In this document: piece by piece, positions 23,072 through 33,847 of the stretch
Numbering within the stretch: the stretch's first letter is position 1
Layout of the letters: every line of letters begins with the position of its first letter
Assembly: GCA_050633305.1 (NCBI GenBank)
Contig: JBOEGF010000005.1
Span: forward strand, 64,001-128,000
Source: Nannocystales bacterium
Lineage (GTDB): Bacteria; Myxococcota_A; Polyangia; Nannocystales; Nannocystaceae
DNA: 64,000 nt
Direction of reading: 5' to 3'
Translations under genes and position numbers: made by a program
Notes under the pieces: generated by a model
What the model was told of the DNA's origin: nothing
What the model saw: only the letters and a program-made list of their open reading frames with translations
The model's database searches: none

Positions 23072-23905
23072 CTAGCGCGCTTCCGCGACGCGGACGCAGA
23101 TCTCGGTGACGAGCTCGGCCTCTGGCGCGACGTCCGGGCCCGTCCGGTAGATCTCCAGAACGGGTTCGTTGTGGAGTTCGACTCCGCGGCGCGGCAGCCA
23201 CTTGCCGATCAACGCGACGTAGGTGTCGTTGATCGTCTCGTACGGACCGTGGTGAGTCGCCACCGCGTAGCGTCCCCCCGGAACGGTTCTCTCGGACATG
23301 CCCTCCGGGAGGTCGCCGAGGTTCGCCCCGGTCGTCGGGGCTGCGACACAGACGTCGTAGCGAATGCGGGCATCGTCGGTGACGTCGGGATCGTCGTAGC
23401 AGAGGCCGAAGTCGGGCGTGGCGCGTTGCGTGAGCCGTTGAGACTTGGCCCACTGCGTGAGGCGGTCCCAGTTCGAGAAGCATGCCTCGTAGGCACCGAT
23501 GTGCCGCAGCGCGATGACCCGCCGTGCTGGCTCGTGCCGGAGGACGATGGGGACATCCCGCAGCGCGCTCGCGACCTCCTCGCGGTACAGGGAGGGCGAC
23601 TTGCCGAAGTTTGCGGTGAAGGCCCGGGTGAACGCTTCATGGCTCGTGTAGCCCGCACTGAATGCGACTTCGGTGACGCTGGCGGGGCCATATTTGAGGT
23701 GCTGCGCGGCGCGCTCGAGCCGGAGCCGACGGACGTAGGCCATCACCGACTCGTCGGCGATCCCTCGGAATACTCGATGAAAGTGGTGCCGGGAGAAACC
23801 CGCGAGGTCGGCCAGGTGCTCGGGACGAAGGTCATCGTCGAGATGGTCCTGGATGTGGTCCACGACGCGCTGGATACGGTCGACCCATGGCTCACTCTCC
23901 GTCAT
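23072..23905 (-). CDS. AraC family regulator with GyrI-like effector domain
   Basis: LADLAGFSRHHFHRVF, YVRRLRLERAA, GYTSHEAFTRAF; GLCYDDP..RYDVCV, GGRYAVATHHGPY. Confidence 0.92.
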   Translation of the reverse strand: MTESEPWVDRIQRVVDHIQDHLDDDLRPEHLADLAGFSRHHFHRVFRGIADESVMAYVRRLRLERAAQHLKYGPASVTEVAFSAGYTSHEAFTRAFTANFGKSPSLYREEVASALRDVPIVLRHEPARRVIALRHIGAYEACFSNWDRLTQWAKSQRLTQRATPDFGLCYDDPDVTDDARIRYDVCVAAPTTGANLGDLPEGMSERTVPGGRYAVATHHGPYETINDTYVALIGKWLPRRGVELHNEPVLEIYRTGPDVAPEAELVTEICVRVAEAR

Positions 23906-24187
23906 CGCCCTCCGATCCTATCGGATGCTCGCGAGGCCGCTTGACCGCGGGTGCTCTCCGAATGAGAAATCCCGGTTTTCCCCGCGCGATGAGCGGAGGG
24001 GGGTCGACAGCGCTATGGGCGATGGCAGACCGTGGACGGAGTCAGAAACCTGGAACCCGGCCGACTGTGGTCGCGCGGCAACACCAACCTGTTCGAGAGC
24101 GACTCCCTCGGCCCTTTGGGACCGTGCTGAGTCGTCGACAGACACACAACATGCGGAGGCGAATCGGAGTCCGAGCCGCGCAACCGC

Positions 24188-25225
<1,038 letters not shown>

Positions 25226-25247
25226 CAGGCGTACTTGTAGGTCGCGG

Positions 25248-25586
25248 TCACAGGTTGACGACCAAGGCTTTGAGCAGCGCAACTGCTCCAGGTTCGACGC
25301 AGTAGCAGATGCGAGGTCCATCGACGTCCCCTCGGATGAGCCCCGCCTCCTTCAACTGCTTGAGGTGCTGCGAGATCGTGGACTGCGCCAAGGGAAGCTC
25401 CTCGACGATGTCGCCGACGATGCATCCCTCATGGCGCACGAGCAGCCGAATGATCGCGACGCGGGCTGGGTGTGCGATCGCTTTGGCAAGTCGGGCGAGC
25501 TCCTCGTCGGCTTTGCGTGGGTCGCTCGGAACCGGTGGCATCGGTTCAGCCGGCGGACAGCAGGCTTGGTCGACGGACTTCTTCAT
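25248..25586 (-). CDS. arsR: ArsR/SmtB family metalloregulator
   Basis: [41 protein letters not shown] and CYC cysteines; directly upstream of acr3. Confidence 0.9.
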   Translation of the reverse strand: MKKSVDQACCPPAEPMPPVPSDPRKADEELARLAKAIAHPARVAIIRLLVRHEGCIVGDIVEELPLAQSTISQHLKQLKEAGLIRGDVDGPRICYCVEPGAVALLKALVVNL

Positions 25587-25608
25587 GGGCGTCACCGCGA
25601 CTAAGCGT

Positions 25609-25644
25609 TCATCGTCGATATACGATGATTCTCCAAGATGTCAA
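25609..25644 (-). promoter_or_regulatory. Sigma70-type promoter with overlapping ArsR operator palindrome
   Basis: Minus strand TTGACA (25644-25639), 16 bp, TATATC; inverted repeat TCATCGT-N6-ACGATGA at 25609-25628 covers the -10 box. Confidence 0.75.
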
Positions 25645-25716
25645 GGCGCCGTGGAGTGGTCCACGGCGCAGATGCAGACCTGGGACAACGGCGGCATGCG
25701 GCCCCCGTGCCCTCCT

Positions 25717-26910
25717 TTAGGCCGGAGGGCAGCCTTCGAGGATGTACAGCGAGGCCGGATCGGTGGCGTCGGTGCTGAAGTACAAGGTCCCGTCGTCGTA
25801 CTGCGCCCACAGCGGGTCATCGAGGTCGTCGTACATCGAGCCAACCTCGGTCGGGTTGGTCTTGTCAGTCAGATCGACCACGCGCAGCAGCGGAACGTCG
25901 GTGCTCGCCGTGGACGAGCCGAAGACGAACAATCGGTCGTTCTCTGCGTCGAGGGCGAGAAGGGTGGCGCGCTCGCCTTCGTAGGTGCCCACGAGGACGG
26001 GAGCTATCGGGTTGGACACGTCGAAGATCTGGACGCCGTCGTTGCCTCCGACGTAGACGAAGCCGCCCCCCGCGACCAGGTTGTCAGGACGTCCGGTGTC
26101 ATCGACGTCGGCCAGGGTTGTGGGGGTTGCAGGCGTGGAGACATCGATGCTCGTGAAGCTGAAGCCAGCCATGTACAAGGCACCGGACTCCATCACGACC
26201 GTGGAGCCGCCGATGTTCAAGTCGTTGTTGTCTTGCTGAAGGTCGTCGACGAGGGTGGTGGGTGTGCCGGGAGTGGTCACGTCGAGGACGGACAGCCCCG
26301 CGGCGGACGCGAGGTACAGCAGGTCTCCGTACAGAATGTCCTGGGTGTCGAGGTCTCCGTCGGTCCACAGCTCGGTCATGCTGGCCGGGTCGGTTGCGTC
26401 CACCATGAACGCGCCCCCGCCCCGCCGGCCACCCACGAGGAGGTCTCCGCGCATCGCGGCACGGTAGGTCGGGCCCCCGGCGGGGTCGAGGGTCCCGAGG
26501 ACAGAGACCGCCGCGGGGTCGGATACGTCGAGCATGGCGACACCGTCGCCTCGGATTGCCGCCGCCATCCGCCCCTGCGAAACGTGGAAGCCATCGATGT
26601 CGAACCGACCCACGGTTGTGACCCCCAGCTCCGCTGGCATCCCACAGCTGCGCGAGTTCCCGGTGGTCGAACTCGAGTCAGAACCCGTGTCGGGGTCGAT
26701 GCTGGTGCTGCCCGACGTGCCGTCCGATGTCGAGCTCTCTGTATCGGACGTGGACCCGGAAACGTCTGTGGTGGACGTGGTGAGCGCAGCACCCGTGCTT
26801 CCCGCGGTGGCGGTCTCGCTCCCGCCGCTTGGGGTGGCCTCCTCGTCGGTCGGGCAGCCGGTGAGGAGGGCAAGGGCGGTCAAGCATGTGCAAAGTCGCT
26901 GGTTCGGCAT
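25717..26910 (-). CDS. LVIVD-repeat beta-propeller lipoprotein
   Basis: LLTGC lipobox; repeats MLDVSDP, VLDVTTP, IDVSTP, IFDVSNP, VVDLTD. Confidence 0.85.
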   Translation of the reverse strand: MPNQRLCTCLTALALLTGCPTDEEATPSGGSETATAGSTGAALTTSTTDVSGSTSDTESSTSDGTSGSTSIDPDTGSDSSSTTGNSRSCGMPAELGVTTVGRFDIDGFHVSQGRMAAAIRGDGVAMLDVSDPAAVSVLGTLDPAGGPTYRAAMRGDLLVGGRRGGGAFMVDATDPASMTELWTDGDLDTQDILYGDLLYLASAAGLSVLDVTTPGTPTTLVDDLQQDNNDLNIGGSTVVMESGALYMAGFSFTSIDVSTPATPTTLADVDDTGRPDNLVAGGGFVYVGGNDGVQIFDVSNPIAPVLVGTYEGERATLLALDAENDRLFVFGSSTASTDVPLLRVVDLTDKTNPTEVGSMYDDLDDPLWAQYDDGTLYFSTDATDPASLYILEGCPPA

Positions 26911-27154
26911 CGAACTCTGAACGTTGCGCAGCTAGACCGACCAGCAACTTGTATTGGCTCGATTAAGCACCGGCCATCGTTTCGCACGGCGGCGAGGGGC
27001 ACAGCCTGGCGCTCCACAGGTCTTTCACAGCTGCCCGGGCGAGGCCTCCCGGATGCGGGGACCGCACGGTTGGGAGCCGCTCTCGAAGACCGGACCAATT
27101 TGGGGCACCGGCCCCGTTATCGCTGGGGCGTTGGCGGTCTACCATCGTGGAGGG

Positions 27155-29416
27155 ATGGATTGGGAGCCGGCCGTTTTCGCACTGCCTGGCGGGGAGTGGA
27201 CGCCGCCACTTGTGGCCGCGATGCAGGCCTGCGACGACCCGATGTGGGTCTTTGATGTCGAGCGCTATCGGATGCCCTGGGCCAACCAGCGCGCGTTGGA
27301 CTTCTGGAATGCGAAGTCGGTGGCGGAACTCGCCGAGCGTGACTTCTCCAATGGGATGTCTCAGTCCACGCGGCTGCGCTTGGCCGGTTACCAACGCACG
27401 CTCGAGCGTGACGACTCGGTGTTCGACCGCTGGACTTTGTTCCCCGGCGACCGACCGCAGACGATGCTCATCGCGTTTGGGCGGGTTCCGGGCCAGCGAG
27501 GGGTCGAGCAAATGCTGCTCCGGGCTCGGCACTGCGAGACGACGCAGTCGGACATTCGTGGGGTCGAAGCGCTGCGGCACACGAGCGTGATGATCACGCT
27601 GTGTACTCCGCGAGGCCACGTGCTGATGCAGAACCCTGCCGCCGCCGAGGCGTTTGGCGATCTTTCGATGGATGTTGGCAATGACGCGATGCGTCAACGC
27701 TTCGTCTCTGCGGCGGATGCCGAGCTTGTCGAGAACGCGTTGCTCGAGGAAGGGGAATTCCGGGGCGAACTTTCGGTTCGTACCGATTCCGGCGAGGTTT
27801 GGCACGCACTCCACGTGCTCACCACCAGCGACCCTGCAACGGGCCAGCCCGCCATCCTCGTCAACGAGACGAACATCGATGGCCGAAAGCGCAGCGAGCT
27901 GGCGCTGGCCGAGGCCTCCGAGAAGCTCGAGCAGCGTGTCGTCGCTCGCACGCTCGAGTTGGCCGAGCAGCGGGCGTTTGTCGAGGGCATCTTGGACACC
28001 TCTCCGTGTTTCATGTTCGTGGCTGATGCAGGCGGAGGCGTCGTGCGAGGAAACCGGGCGCTCCGAGATTGGCTCGGACAGGATCCCGTGGTGGAGAAGT
28101 GCCCGGCGTGGCGACTGCTCAGCGACTGCACTCCGGAGATGTATTGGGAGTGGATCCGCAGCGCGCCGCCGTCGGAACTCGAGGTGGAGTCGCGCAGTGG
28201 ATCGAAAGAGCGGTCGGTCGTTTATTGGACGCTTCAGGTCTTCGAGGTGGACGACAACCGGTTCCTCGTGGGCGCTGGACTCGACATCACCGAGCGTCGC
28301 GAGATGCAGATGCGGGCGCAGACCAACGACCGCATGGTCGCGCTGGGGACCCTGGCCTCGGGGGTCGCACACGAGATCAACAACCCCCTCGCGTATGTCC
28401 TGACCAACGTGGAGCTGGCGCAAGCCCGTGCCCAAACCGGAGATGTGGCGGCAGTGCAGGAGCACCTGGAGGCCGCCGCAGGAGCCTGTGTTCGGGCTGC
28501 GAAGATCGTCGCGGACCTCAAGGGGTTCTCCCGCCCTCCCGGCCCGACCACCTCGGTCAACCTCTTGGCGGTGGTGGACTCGGCCCGTCGAATGATGTCT
28601 CACCTCTTGGTCGAGCGGCAGATGTTCGCGTGCACGGTTCCCGGCGATGTCTGGGTGCGGGGCGACGAGACGAAGCTTTGCCAGGTGGTGCTGAACCTGC
28701 TCGTGAATGCGGCGGAAGCCTGTGAGGGGAGGGGGGCCGAGGCTTCGGTCGAGGTCTCAGTCGATCGCGACGGCGACGAGGTCACGGTGGTCGTGGATGA
28801 CACGGGGGCCGGGATGTCGGAGGCCGTACGTGCCCGGATCTTCGATCCGTTCTTCACCACCAAGGGCCGGCGGCAAGGCACAGGTCTTGGGCTCGCGATC
28901 TCTCACCGGATCGTGGACCAGCTCGGCGGTGCGATCGAGGTGGAGAGCCGAGAGGGCCACGGCTCGACCTTCCGGGTGCGACTTCCAGGCGGGGCGCCGC
29001 CGAACGAGCAGGCGCCCGCGGAAGCCCCAACCCATGCGGTGGGCAGACGGCGGGTGCTCATCGTGGACGACGAGCCAGGGCTGGCGGAGGGGTTTGCCCT
29101 GTCGCTGTCTCGGCACGACACGATGACGGCAACCTCGGGCGTCGAGGCGCTCGCGTGTATCGACGCGGCCGACTTCGACGTGGTCGTCTGCGACATGAGC
29201 ATGCCGGAGATGGACGGTCCGAGCCTCCACGCGGCTCTGATGAAGAAAGACCCCGATCTCGCGTCCCGGATGTTGTTCGTGACCGGGGGCGCGTTCACGC
29301 CCCAGGCTCACGAGTTCTTGCGCGAGATGTCCGGCAGGGTCTTGTACAAACCGGTCGGCACGGACGCGCTCCGCAAGTTCATCGGCGACCTCGTCGCAGA
29401 GCGCGGGCCACGATAG
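27155..29416 (+). CDS. Hybrid histidine kinase with multiple PAS-like domains and receiver
   Basis: GGAGGG RBS; LASGVAHEINNPL, NLLVNAAEA, DTGAGM, GTGLGL, VLIVDDE...DMSMPEMDG. Confidence 0.9.
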   Translation: MDWEPAVFALPGGEWTPPLVAAMQACDDPMWVFDVERYRMPWANQRALDFWNAKSVAELAERDFSNGMSQSTRLRLAGYQRTLERDDSVFDRWTLFPGDRPQTMLIAFGRVPGQRGVEQMLLRARHCETTQSDIRGVEALRHTSVMITLCTPRGHVLMQNPAAAEAFGDLSMDVGNDAMRQRFVSAADAELVENALLEEGEFRGELSVRTDSGEVWHALHVLTTSDPATGQPAILVNETNIDGRKRSELALAEASEKLEQRVVARTLELAEQRAFVEGILDTSPCFMFVADAGGGVVRGNRALRDWLGQDPVVEKCPAWRLLSDCTPEMYWEWIRSAPPSELEVESRSGSKERSVVYWTLQVFEVDDNRFLVGAGLDITERREMQMRAQTNDRMVALGTLASGVAHEINNPLAYVLTNVELAQARAQTGDVAAVQEHLEAAAGACVRAAKIVADLKGFSRPPGPTTSVNLLAVVDSARRMMSHLLVERQMFACTVPGDVWVRGDETKLCQVVLNLLVNAAEACEGRGAEASVEVSVDRDGDEVTVVVDDTGAGMSEAVRARIFDPFFTTKGRRQGTGLGLAISHRIVDQLGGAIEVESREGHGSTFRVRLPGGAPPNEQAPAEAPTHAVGRRRVLIVDDEPGLAEGFALSLSRHDTMTATSGVEALACIDAADFDVVVCDMSMPEMDGPSLHAALMKKDPDLASRMLFVTGGAFTPQAHEFLREMSGRVLYKPVGTDALRKFIGDLVAERGPR

Positions 29417-29418
29417 CC

Positions 29419-30354
29419 CTACTCTTGCTCGGCCAGCCAGCGCTCGGCGTCGATCGCTGCCATGCAACCTGTGCCAGCAGCCGTGATGGCCTGGCGGTAG
29501 GTCTTGTCCGCAACGTCGCCGCAGGCAAAGACGCCTTCAACGTTGGTGTAGCTGCTCCCGGGGCGGTCGATCTTCAGGTAGCCGGCGTCGTCCATCGCGA
29601 GTTGGTCGTTGAAAATACCGGAGTTGGGCTGGTGCCCGATCGCCAAGAAGAAGCCCGTGACTTCGATCGACTCGTCGGCGCCGCCGGTGGTGTCTTCCAT
29701 GAGCACTCCAGTGACACCATCCTCGCCGAGCACTTCCTTGACCTGGCGGTTCCAGTGCACGGTGATCTTCTCGTTCTCCAGTACGCGCTTCTGCATGACC
29801 TTGCTGGCACGGAACTCACCCCGGCGGTGAATGATGTGGACCGAACGGCACATCCGGGTGAGGAAGAGGGCCTCCTCCATCGCCGTGTCGCCGCCGCCGA
29901 CGACCGCGACATCCTGGCCCCGGTAGAAGGCACCGTCGCAGGTGGCGCACGCGGTCACGCCCTTGTTGCGAAGGCGTTGCTCGGAGGGAAGGCCGAGGTA
30001 CTTCGCGCTGGCGCCCGTCGACACGATCAGCGTGTCGCAGGTGTAGGACTCGGTGTCGCCCTTGATCTTGAAGGGGCGGGTGCTGAGGTCAACCTCGGTG
30101 GCGAGGTCGTAGATGATCTCGGTTCCGAAACGCTCGGCCTGCTCGCGGAACTCCTCCATCATCTCCGGACCCGACACACCTTTGGGGTAGCCGGGGAAGT
30201 TCTCGACGTCGGTCGTGGTGGTGAGCTGTCCGCCTGGCTCGGGGCCAGCGAGCATCACGGGTTTCAGCTCGGCCCGTGCGGTGTACAGCGCGGCGGTGTA
30301 TCCCGCCGGTCCCGCGCCGAGAATCATGACTTTGCAGTGCCGAGGGTCGCTCAT
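29419..30354 (-). CDS. trxB: Thioredoxin-disulfide reductase
   Basis: GAGPAGYTAA, GGQLTTTTDVENFPG, CATCDG, VVGGGDTAMEEA, GDV...YRQAITAAG. Confidence 0.97.
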   Translation of the reverse strand: MSDPRHCKVMILGAGPAGYTAALYTARAELKPVMLAGPEPGGQLTTTTDVENFPGYPKGVSGPEMMEEFREQAERFGTEIIYDLATEVDLSTRPFKIKGDTESYTCDTLIVSTGASAKYLGLPSEQRLRNKGVTACATCDGAFYRGQDVAVVGGGDTAMEEALFLTRMCRSVHIIHRRGEFRASKVMQKRVLENEKITVHWNRQVKEVLGEDGVTGVLMEDTTGGADESIEVTGFFLAIGHQPNSGIFNDQLAMDDAGYLKIDRPGSSYTNVEGVFACGDVADKTYRQAITAAGTGCMAAIDAERWLAEQE

Positions 30355-30445
30355 GCGCCGGAGGATAAGCATGGTCCCCGGGCCTCGCAAGGGAGGCGAG
30401 GGCGCCGGGTTGGGACACGGCCAGGGCCCCGTCCTCGACGTGCTC

Positions 30446-30493
30446 AAAAAAGAACGGCCGCGAACTCCGGAGGGACGGTGGAGTTCGCGGCCG
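30446..30493 (-). terminator. Rho-independent terminator downstream of the htrA-like gene
   Basis: 14-bp perfect stem CGGCCGCGAACTCC/GGAGTTCGCGGCCG followed on the minus strand by TTCTTTTTT. Confidence 0.85.
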
Positions 30494-30534
30494 AGCCGAC
30501 GTGCCAGTCGGCGGTCGATGAGAGGGGGACAGTC

Positions 30535-31929
30535 TTAGGAACGCTCCAGGGAGACGTTGTGTTTCACCCCGTCGCGAAGAAGCTGAATCTGGACCTTTCC
30601 ACGGCTGCGGCTGAGCGCGTCGCGGACGTCGCTGGGCTCTTGGATGGCCACGCCGTTGAGTTCCAGGACAATGTCTCCACTTTGGAGCTCGAGGTCGTCG
30701 GCGAGGCTACCGGGCTCGACGCGGATGACCTCCAGTCCCTCGTCGTGGGCGCGCGCGCCGATGCCGAGACGCTCCCCGAACCCGGAGAGCGCTGGATCGG
30801 ACGGAGCGGCGGCCGAGGGCGCTGAGGTGGTCGGCACCGGGGCGGATCGCAGGCGCTTCATCTTGTTGCGATCCGGTCGGTCCCCGAGCACCGCGGAGAG
30901 CTCGAGCGTGACGCCGCCTCGCTCGGCTTCCATCAACACGGTGTGGCCCGGCTGCAAGGTGGCGATGATGCTACGCAGGCCGTCGAAGTCATCGATGGCC
31001 GTGCGGTCGACCTTGACCACCACATCGCCAGGACGAAGGCCCGCCTCGGCTGCGGGGGTGTCCGCGTAGACCTCTCCGATGACCGCACCTTGGCCTTCTT
31101 GGGCTCCGCGTTCGCTTGCCGCACCGAGCCAACCCCGGCGGACGGTCCCGGTGGAGCGCAGTTGTTCGATCACGGGCTGTGCTTGGGCGGCTGGAATCGC
31201 AAACCCAGGCCGACTGTTGGCGCCGACCGCAGTCGTGATACCGACCACTGCACCGCGCAGGTCGAACAACGGACCGCCGCTGCTTCCCGGTGCGATGTCG
31301 GCATCGGTTTGCAGGAAGTCGAGGTAGCTGTCGGCATACAGCCCGAGGCTCCCGCGACCTCGTCCCGACAGGATTCCGACGCTTGCAGAATGGTCGAGCC
31401 CCATGGGGTTGCCAATCGCGACGACCCAGTCTCCGACGCGCAGTGCCGCGCTGTCGCCCAGCTGCAGCGCGGGCAGGTCTCGCGCGCCTTCGAGCTCGAG
31501 GACCGCAAGGTCGGTGGCGGCGTCCGAGCCGAGGACCTGGGCGTTGTAACGAGTGCCATCGTGCATCCGGACCTGCAGATGCTCGGCCCCGTCGACGACG
31601 TGGTGGTTCGTGACGATGATGCCTTCAGACGCGTAGACGAACCCGCTGCCCGACGCCTCGGTCCCCGAGGAGAAGAACCCGGCGCCGCGACCGGAGGCAC
31701 GGATGCTCACGACGGACGGGCCGACCGACTCGACCAGCGGAGCGAGACTCTGTCGCGGGTCGTAGTGCAACGCGTCACTCGAGGCGGTCGGCGTCTGGGC
31801 TGCAGAAGGCTCTTCCTCGGCGGGCGTTGGGGGGCTGGCTTCGGCCTCTGAACCGCATCCGGCACTCATCGCGAGAAGAAGAGAGCTGAGCGCGAGCGCC
31901 GCTACACCTGGCTGTGCTGACCCGGTCAT
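30535..31929 (-). CDS. HtrA/DegP-like serine protease lipoprotein with two PDZ domains
   Basis: GSGF..IVTNHHVV, DLAVL, LQTDADIAPGSSGGPL; two PDZ-like segments. Confidence 0.9.
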   Translation of the reverse strand: MTGSAQPGVAALALSSLLLAMSAGCGSEAEASPPTPAEEEPSAAQTPTASSDALHYDPRQSLAPLVESVGPSVVSIRASGRGAGFFSSGTEASGSGFVYASEGIIVTNHHVVDGAEHLQVRMHDGTRYNAQVLGSDAATDLAVLELEGARDLPALQLGDSAALRVGDWVVAIGNPMGLDHSASVGILSGRGRGSLGLYADSYLDFLQTDADIAPGSSGGPLFDLRGAVVGITTAVGANSRPGFAIPAAQAQPVIEQLRSTGTVRRGWLGAASERGAQEGQGAVIGEVYADTPAAEAGLRPGDVVVKVDRTAIDDFDGLRSIIATLQPGHTVLMEAERGGVTLELSAVLGDRPDRNKMKRLRSAPVPTTSAPSAAAPSDPALSGFGERLGIGARAHDEGLEVIRVEPGSLADDLELQSGDIVLELNGVAIQEPSDVRDALSRSRGKVQIQLLRDGVKHNVSLERS

Positions 31930-32005
31930 CGGGGCCGCCAACCCCTCGAAACCGAGCGATATTCCTCCCAAGGCCGAGTTTTTTTTCGTGGTAGATCGGT
32001 GCGCG

Positions 32006-33823
32006 ATGCGCCGACCTACCGTCCGTTCCTCCGTCGTCCTCGGTTTGACGCTGCTCGCAGCGCCGAGCTGCCGCGTTCAGGTCGGCAACACTTCGAAGCC
32101 TGCGACCGGCTCCGAGCCGGTCTCCAAGGCTCCGGACGCGGACGCCGATGACCGCCAGCAGGACACGCCCAAACGGGCGAACCCGGCCAACCCGAAGGCG
32201 TCGAGGGTCTCCGTTTGGGGTCACTTCGTGGTTCCAGCCCCCGATAAGACGATCGCGCGCATGGCCGACCAGTACGCACCCCCGGGCGTGGGTGCCATGC
32301 TGAGCGTGAGCCAGGTGAAGTCCATGCTCACCATCCCGCTCGAAGGACGCGGCGAGGTTGCGAAGCATCTGGACCTCACCAAGCCGGCGGGGTGCGTGCT
32401 GGTCAACCACAAGCAGCACGAGAACCCGGTCGCGTGTGCGGTCGGCTACGAAGGCGGCATCGCGCAGCTTGTCGAGGACATGGGCCAAGAGGGCTACAAG
32501 TCCGGCGGAGCGGACTACGCCGCGTACGAAGTCTCTGGTGAGACGTTTTACTTCAAGGGCTGGGGAGACCACGTCGGCGTCGCACTCGACCCGTCCCTGC
32601 TCGCGGATGTGGGCTCGACGATCGAAGCCTCGATCATTCAGCCGCGCAAGGGAGACCGAGACTTCTACTCTGAAGCGAAGCCGAAGGTGATCTTCGCGGA
32701 CGCGCGGCAGGAGATCGAAGCCATGTTCTCCGAGATGGAGCAGGCCATGAGCTCGGCGCCCGCGGGCACGCCAGGGGCCGAGTATGCGGGCGCGTCGAGC
32801 AAGGCGGCGATGGACATGTATCGCAGCTTCGCGGACCTCAAGTCCGCGGAATTCTTGTTCCGCGTCGGCAAGCAGCGCAGCCGAGCGACGTATCGCAGCA
32901 CGCCAGCGAAGGGCACCGACACGGAGACGCAGTACGCCCGCGACGCGAAGCTCCCCGACGTGGACGTGTCGATGATGGAGGCTCTGCCCGACGACTCGTT
33001 CTTCGTCGGTGGCATGAGCTTCGACTTTGCCCACGTGCTGGAGGACCCGTGGATCGGGCCGTACATGCGGGTGCTCAGCCAGATGAAGACCGCAGATGGG
33101 ACGGATCTTGGCGAGACGATGACCCAGATGTTCGCGGACATGGGCGAGGTCATGGCCGGACCGGTCGCGATGGCAGCCTTCCCGGTCAAGGGCAGCGCGG
33201 GGGCCATGGTGGGTAGCTACGCCGTCAACCCCGGCAAGGAGGCGATGCCGGTGATGCGGCGGTTCCTGGTGTCCTACAAGCTCGAGACATTGATGCCGAG
33301 CTTCGGTGAGTACGTGAAGACGACGTACAAGAAGGGCGCCTTCACAGTGGCCGGCGTCAAGGCTGACACCTTCACCCTCACGCCGACCAAGAAGACGCTC
33401 GCCGAGATGAAGAAGAGCTCCGACTTCGCCAAGATGAAGAAGATGCTCGGGCAGGTCCAGTTCACGATGGCGTACGCCGAGAAGGACGGCCGGATGTATC
33501 TGGTCATGACCACCGCCAAGCCGAAGAAGGCTCTCGAGAAGATGCTCAAAGCAGCCTCCGGGAAGGGCAACATCGGGAAGTTCGGGAGCGCACGCAAGCT
33601 GGTCAAGAAACACGCCGACGGGACGACGCTACTGATGCTCGACGTCAAGGGGGCGACCGCTTGGATGCGTTCGCTCGACTTCGACGGTGAACTCGACGGC
33701 ATGCCGAAGATGGGTCTTGGACTCGACGATGTGGTGTGGACCGGAGGCGTCAACAAGAAGGGCAAGAAGGAGTACGAGTTCTCCTTCTCCCAACCGTTCA
33801 TCGATCAGCTTCGCAGCTTGTAG
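32006..33823 (+). CDS. Hypothetical lipoprotein
   Basis: LAAPSC lipobox; long ORF with strongly C/G-ending codons. Confidence 0.8.
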   Translation: MRRPTVRSSVVLGLTLLAAPSCRVQVGNTSKPATGSEPVSKAPDADADDRQQDTPKRANPANPKASRVSVWGHFVVPAPDKTIARMADQYAPPGVGAMLSVSQVKSMLTIPLEGRGEVAKHLDLTKPAGCVLVNHKQHENPVACAVGYEGGIAQLVEDMGQEGYKSGGADYAAYEVSGETFYFKGWGDHVGVALDPSLLADVGSTIEASIIQPRKGDRDFYSEAKPKVIFADARQEIEAMFSEMEQAMSSAPAGTPGAEYAGASSKAAMDMYRSFADLKSAEFLFRVGKQRSRATYRSTPAKGTDTETQYARDAKLPDVDVSMMEALPDDSFFVGGMSFDFAHVLEDPWIGPYMRVLSQMKTADGTDLGETMTQMFADMGEVMAGPVAMAAFPVKGSAGAMVGSYAVNPGKEAMPVMRRFLVSYKLETLMPSFGEYVKTTYKKGAFTVAGVKADTFTLTPTKKTLAEMKKSSDFAKMKKMLGQVQFTMAYAEKDGRMYLVMTTAKPKKALEKMLKAASGKGNIGKFGSARKLVKKHADGTTLLMLDVKGATAWMRSLDFDGELDGMPKMGLGLDDVVWTGGVNKKGKKEYEFSFSQPFIDQLRSL

Positions 33824-33847
33824 CGGGGCGGGTGTACCGTGGTGGCG

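Noticed and set aside
23072..23905. GyrI-like domain as cyclopropane-toxin resistance linked to the HemN-like enzyme
   Set aside because: It is a standard AraC-GyrI regulator about 28 kb away, with no evidence of linkage
23906..24187. Intergenic gap between the AraC gene and acr3 with a short open frame (TVDGVRNLEPGRLWSRGNTNLFE)
   Set aside because: No start, RBS or recognisable family; cannot support an arsC remnant or an RNA
31979..31990. T8 tract upstream of the 32006 lipoprotein (also the A7 tract near 2425)
   Set aside because: Lacks the CATCnAT core, so it is not counted as a member of the proposed ECF motif; probably a generic promoter-upstream tract
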